Source: Parcubacteria group bacterium GW2011_GWC1_36_108
GTDB lineage: Bacteria > Patescibacteriota > Minisyncoccia > Moranbacterales > GWC2-37-73
NCBI GenBank assembly: GCA_000991245.1
Contig: LBRD01000004.1
Location: 26,235 to 90,234, forward strand
Direction: 5' to 3'
Length of the DNA stretch: 64,000 nucleotides
Within the stretch, counting starts at the first letter, position 1. Each line of letters opens with the position of its first letter. The notes below the pieces were generated by a model. It worked only from the letters and a program-made list of their open reading frames with translations. It ran no database searches and had not been told where the DNA came from. The position numbers and the translations under genes were made by a program. Shown in pieces: positions 59,403-64,000 of this stretch.

Positions 59403-62400
59403 CTATATTACTCTTTCCACCTCCTCTAAACTTGTTTCTCCTTCGAGAACTTTGAGCATTCCGTCTTGTTCCATTGAAATCATTCCGTTTTCAATGGCTT
59501 TGTCGCGGATTTGGGAAGATGAAGCACTTTGAGTGATGAGTTCTTCAATATCGCGATCAACCACTAGCACTTCGCTGATTGTTGTGCGGCCCTTGTATCC
59601 AATATTGTTGCATTTATCACAACCCTTGGCTTCATAAACTTTTTCAAAAGATGGGACTGCGATTCCAGATTTTTCAGAAACATTTCCCAATATTTTTTTC
59701 ATTTTTGAAATCTCACTTATAGTCAAATGCCTTTCAGTTTTGCAATCACAGAGCTTGCGCACGAGTCTTTGTGCCATTAGCGCGTTAACGGCTGTTGCAA
59801 GGTCATCTGAGCGCACTCCCATATTAATCAAACGCTGAACTCCGCCTGCTGCATCATTTGTGTGAAGCGTGGAAAGAATTGAATGTCCTGTAAGAGCGGC
59901 TTGAATGGCAATGTTGGCCGTTTCCTCGTCGCGAATTTCGCCAATCATCATAATGTCAGGATTTTGACGAAGAAGTGCCCGCAGCGCTGTTGGGAAAGTA
60001 TACCCTTCTTTGTCATCAACCGAGGTCTGCAAAACTCCATCCAATTGATATTCAATCGGATCTTCAACTGTGATGATTTTCACTTCGGGATTATTAAGAA
60101 CTTTCAGCGCGCTATACAATGTCGTGGTTTTTCCGCTGCCGGTTGGACCAGTTGTCAAAAAGACACCGTTTGGCTTTTTAATTTCACTAATAATTTTTTC
60201 CAAATTTTGCTTTCTAATCCCCAACTTTTCCAAATCAAGAGCAACCGATGATTTGTTTAAAAGTCTCATTACCACAGTTTCGCCATAGCCACCCAGAATT
60301 ATCGAAACACGCACATCAACTTTTGTGTCTGTGATATTTCCAAATGGTTTGTCTAAAGAAATTGAAAAACGAGAATCCATAACACCGCCGCGCACCTCCG
60401 TTGAAAAGCCACTCAAAAATTTGATGCTGCCCAATAAGCTTGGATATTCATTAAGAGGAATTTCTGCAATCGTTTGAAGAATTCCATCCATACGATAACG
60501 AATTTTCACGCTTTTTTCTTCCGGTTCAATGTGAATATCTCCCACATTAAGCAGTAAGCTGCTAGCAAAAATATATTTAGCACTGCTTTTTTGATTTGAT
60601 TTTTCAATTAGGTTTCTGAGTGATTCCACTGGCTCTAAGTTTTGTGAAACCAAAAGCATATCCTCCTCGGTAATATCGATTGCTCGAGACATTGATTGTG
60701 ACATCAATTTTTCATAAATTTCCTCCAGAAATTCAGTTTGTCCTGTTGCGCGCCAAACTTCTTCCATTGAAGTCAGCCCTTCAATAGCTTTTAGAATTCC
60801 GTCTTGCGCCATTGTGATCATTCCGTCTTCCAAAGCAGTTTGTGCAATTTCTCTTTCTCCTCCCATTTCCAAAATTAACTTTTCAATATTCTCAGAAATT
60901 GTGAGCACCTCAAAAATTCCGATTCGCCCCTTAAATCCTAGTCCATGACATTTGTCGCAACCGACAGGACGATACAATTTTTCAATAGTCTTGGGAATTT
61001 CAAGTTTTGCCTTAGGAGAAATAATCGACAAGATTTTTTTAACACTGTCAGAAGTTTCTCGCGCTGGAACATATTCTTCTTTGCAATGTTGGCAAAGCTT
61101 TCGCACAAGACGTTGTGCAATAAAACAATTTACTGATGGTGCAATTAAATTGGGTTTAACACCAAGTTCAATAAAGCGTGGGATGGAAGCAGGTGCATTG
61201 TTGGTGTGCAGTGTGGAAAGCACAAGATGTCCAGTGAGTGCCGCATTAACTGAAATGTCTGCCGTTTCATCATCACGAATTTCGCCAACCAAAATAACAT
61301 CAGGATCTTGACGCACCACTGCGCGAAGGCCTTCTGCAAATGTATAGTTGCGATCCTTGGCAACTTGTGTTTGAGAAATGTTTTTTACTTCATATTCAAT
61401 TGGGTCTTCAATCGTGATAATCTTAACTCCCGCAACATTAAGCTTGTTTACCAAGGCATACAGTGTGGTGGTTTTTCCGGATCCCGTTGGCCCTGTTGTT
61501 AAAATCATTCCGTGAGGTTTGGCAATTTCTCTTTGCACATTTTCATATGCCAAGCCGCGCAAACCCAAATCCTCAACCGAAAGTAAAATATCAGCTTGAC
61601 TCAAAAGCCTCATTACCACCGATTCTCCGTGACTTCCTGGGATAATATTTGTTCTGACATTTATTTTTCCATTTTCCATATCAATGGAAAAATGACCGTC
61701 TTGCGCAATGTCGCGAATATTTATTTTCATTTTTCCCATCATCTTAATGCGGGACAAAATGAAATGATATGTGTCATTTGGAAATCTTCCAACATCTTGC
61801 AAAATTCCATCAATACGAAAACGCATTCTGACCTCTTCTTCTTGCGGTTCAAAGTGAATATCACTGGCCTTCATTTTCACGGCGCCAGCCATAATAATTG
61901 AAATGATTTGAGTGGTTGGAATTTCACGAATACGCTTTTTCAAATCAAGCATACTGCCAAATTCTTTCTCAAATTTTTCCAAATCCTCCCCACTAAGCGT
62001 GATTTGCATAGCTTCCAAATTCTCCAAAAGCGGAATGTCCGCATATCTTTTCCAGATTTTTTCCAAAGAAGAATTTGAAATCACATACAAATGAATCGTC
62101 CAACCATTTTCGTTTTTAAGACTTTCAATGTGATCAAGAGTTTTTTTGTTTGCTGGATCAATAATACCCATTCGTAATTCCTTGCCAGCTTTTTGAAAAA
62201 CGCAAATTTGAAATTCGCGCGAGTTTTCCTCGCTGATTGTGCGCATATCCTCTGCGCCCACAGGAAAAATATTTAGATCGACATAAGAAAGATCATATTC
62301 GCTCGCCAACTGTGCTGCTCGTTCTTCTTCAGACTCTCCTCGCATATGCTGAAGAAGCTTGCCCGCCTGCTCATCCTTGTCAGTATTATGAATCAATTGT

Positions 62401-62420
62401 TTATGCGAAACTTTTACCAT
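59403..62420 (-). CDS. Type IV pilus/T2SS assembly ATPase (PilB/GspE) with two tandem ATPase modules
   Basis: Two sets of DIH.EP, GPTGSGKTTTLY, EDPIEY, GEIRD, STLHTN, AQRLVRKLC. Confidence 0.93.
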   Translation of the reverse strand: MVKVSHKQLIHNTDKDEQAGKLLQHMRGESEEERAAQLASEYDLSYVDLNIFPVGAEDMRTISEENSREFQICVFQKAGKELRMGIIDPANKKTLDHIESLKNENGWTIHLYVISNSSLEKIWKRYADIPLLENLEAMQITLSGEDLEKFEKEFGSMLDLKKRIREIPTTQIISIIMAGAVKMKASDIHFEPQEEEVRMRFRIDGILQDVGRFPNDTYHFILSRIKMMGKMKINIRDIAQDGHFSIDMENGKINVRTNIIPGSHGESVVMRLLSQADILLSVEDLGLRGLAYENVQREIAKPHGMILTTGPTGSGKTTTLYALVNKLNVAGVKIITIEDPIEYEVKNISQTQVAKDRNYTFAEGLRAVVRQDPDVILVGEIRDDETADISVNAALTGHLVLSTLHTNNAPASIPRFIELGVKPNLIAPSVNCFIAQRLVRKLCQHCKEEYVPARETSDSVKKILSIISPKAKLEIPKTIEKLYRPVGCDKCHGLGFKGRIGIFEVLTISENIEKLILEMGGEREIAQTALEDGMITMAQDGILKAIEGLTSMEEVWRATGQTEFLEEIYEKLMSQSMSRAIDITEEDMLLVSQNLEPVESLRNLIEKSNQKSSAKYIFASSLLLNVGDIHIEPEEKSVKIRYRMDGILQTIAEIPLNEYPSLLGSIKFLSGFSTEVRGGVMDSRFSISLDKPFGNITDTKVDVRVSIILGGYGETVVMRLLNKSSVALDLEKLGIRKQNLEKIISEIKKPNGVFLTTGPTGSGKTTTLYSALKVLNNPEVKIITVEDPIEYQLDGVLQTSVDDKEGYTFPTALRALLRQNPDIMMIGEIRDEETANIAIQAALTGHSILSTLHTNDAAGGVQRLINMGVRSDDLATAVNALMAQRLVRKLCDCKTERHLTISEISKMKKILGNVSEKSGIAVPSFEKVYEAKGCDKCNNIGYKGRTTISEVLVVDRDIEELITQSASSSQIRDKAIENGMISMEQDGMLKVLEGETSLEEVERVI

Positions 62421-62578
62421 ACTAAGTCATATAACATGAAACATATAGCATGTAACATGAATACAAAAAAATTGTTTTTATTTTTATTTACAAAGTTATT
62501 ATACCCCAAAAATGCTTTTTGGACAAAAGAAAAACGACCAGTAAGAACTGCTCGCTTAGTTATTATCAAAAAAAATTA

Positions 62579-63718
62579 TTACACAATCAATCCTGTGCGG
62601 AGTTTTTCGACGATGTGCTGTCCTGCTTCGGTGGTGTCTCCAGATTGGAGTGAAAATTCGCAAACATCTCCAATTGCTTTGGCTTCAAGAATCTCAGCAA
62701 CTTTTTTCAACTGATCATTATTAATGCACTTAATCACGCCGCGCACTTGCCCAGGGGTTTCGTTATAAAGCACCATAAAAATTTTGCCAGCAGAATAATT
62801 TTCTTTAATTTTATCCAAAATAAAAGGTACGTCACTCGGTTTTGAGCGGCTCTGCACAAAATCCTCCAAAAACACGGGCGCCCAAGCCAAAGAAATTTCA
62901 TCTTCCCAATACAATCTCGCCATCACACGACCCCAAAGTTTCAAAAGATGAAGCGGCTGTGTCTTATAAAGATAGCGAATAATTTTTTGTTGATCAGCTC
63001 CCTTTGTCATCAGCATTGCACCAATTTGCAATGATTTTGGCGAGGTGTTTTTTTTCTGAAAACTGTTAGTTGCATCAATAATTCCAGTGAGCAAACTTTC
63101 CGCCATATTCTCATCAATATTTTTTTCATTTATTTTAGAAAACAAATCCGCCACCACTTCAGATGTCGAAGACGCAGTAATATCAACAATATTTACTTGT
63201 CCAAAATTATCATTCTCCGTGTGATGATCAATATTAACAACAGGAACCTCATAAAAAATATCAGGATTTTCTTCATACACCTTTCCGAGTGATTCCTTGT
63301 CGGGACTGCCAAGCACGATTACTAAATCATATTTGAATTTTGCAGGAATAAAAGAAAAGTCGCGCGGATCAATTGAACCTTTTTCTGGAGTAATAAAAAT
63401 TCGCAATTCATCTTCAACTCTTTCTGTGCGCACGTTAGTAATCTTGTTGAACTTTGTGTTAAATGCCAACACAAAATCTCTTGCGCCTGCCAACGAATCC
63501 ATCAAATCTTCCGGTTTTGTCAAAAATGAAAAACGCTGCAAATAATTTTCATCACTTGGAACTACAACTGTTGCTTCAATATTATTTTTTTTCAAAAAGA
63601 AATAAGTTGCCCACGCAGAGCCAACCGCATCGCCAGAAAAATCTTGCGCCATAAAGATAAGAACGTGTTTGGCGTTTTTCAAAACATTATCTAATTGTTG
63701 CGCGAGATCTAAACTCAT
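62579..63718 (-). CDS. DHH-family phosphoesterase-like protein (NrnA-like, possibly degenerate)
   Basis: GDAVGS, NIDHH..N, SSTSE, LTGIIDAT; second Asp motif appears replaced (VLGSP). Confidence 0.8.
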   Translation of the reverse strand: MSLDLAQQLDNVLKNAKHVLIFMAQDFSGDAVGSAWATYFFLKKNNIEATVVVPSDENYLQRFSFLTKPEDLMDSLAGARDFVLAFNTKFNKITNVRTERVEDELRIFITPEKGSIDPRDFSFIPAKFKYDLVIVLGSPDKESLGKVYEENPDIFYEVPVVNIDHHTENDNFGQVNIVDITASSTSEVVADLFSKINEKNIDENMAESLLTGIIDATNSFQKKNTSPKSLQIGAMLMTKGADQQKIIRYLYKTQPLHLLKLWGRVMARLYWEDEISLAWAPVFLEDFVQSRSKPSDVPFILDKIKENYSAGKIFMVLYNETPGQVRGVIKCINNDQLKKVAEILEAKAIGDVCEFSLQSGDTTEAGQHIVEKLRTGLIV

Positions 63719-63878
63719 ATCGTTTCAGGTTTTAGGTTCTAGGTTTTAGGTGATAGGTTCTAGATTTTAGGTTTATTGAATTTTTACTTTACAAACTTTA
63801 TAAACTTTACCAACTTTATGAACTTTATAACTATTTAGCTAAGTAATATAAAGTAGCAGGCATTTTGAGTAATGTCAA

Positions 63879-63977
63879 CCCCGTTAGAAAAATGACAATG
63901 CAGAAAATTATGGTATAGTATCTTGATATATTAGACTATATATTATAAAAAATTACTTTTGCATTTTTCTAACGGGG
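63879..63977. mobile_element. MITE-like element, family D
   Basis: TIRs CCCCGTTAGAAAAATG / CATTTTTCTAACGGGG flanked by TCAA direct repeats. Confidence 0.78.
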
Positions 63978-64000
63978 TCAATAAAATGCTTGACAACAAG

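Noticed and set aside
269-63718. Alternative genetic code (UGA recoding as in Gracilibacteria/SR1)
   Set aside because: Housekeeping genes are full-length under the standard code, and some end in TGA

Overview
AT-rich bacterial window, about 90% of genes on the minus strand. Gene content and repeat style suggest Patescibacteria/CPR (Parcubacteria, probably Moranbacteria-like); this is inference. It holds housekeeping genes (typA, engB, obg, dus, rarA, rsgA, ABC-F, rpoD, dnaG, pyk, htpX, lemA, murE, FemABX-type, ruvA/B/C, yebC, class A PBP), two tRNAs (Asn-GTT, Ser-GGA), surface proteins and a double-ATPase PilB/GspE. It also has a four-gene cluster of a 7TM protein and three ATP-grasp ligases, one fused to an aspartyl-protease-like domain. 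The non-coding DNA is the most unusual part. It contains a ~200-nt promoter/terminator-bounded rod-shaped RNA (6S-like), three dispersed structured repeat families with compensatory base changes, and MITE-like elements sitting on -35 boxes and start codons. Heptamer/REP repeats have also inserted in frame into pyk, a FemABX gene, ruvC and others. No transposase, integrase or CRISPR array was seen. All family assignments come from motif reading by eye, not database searches.
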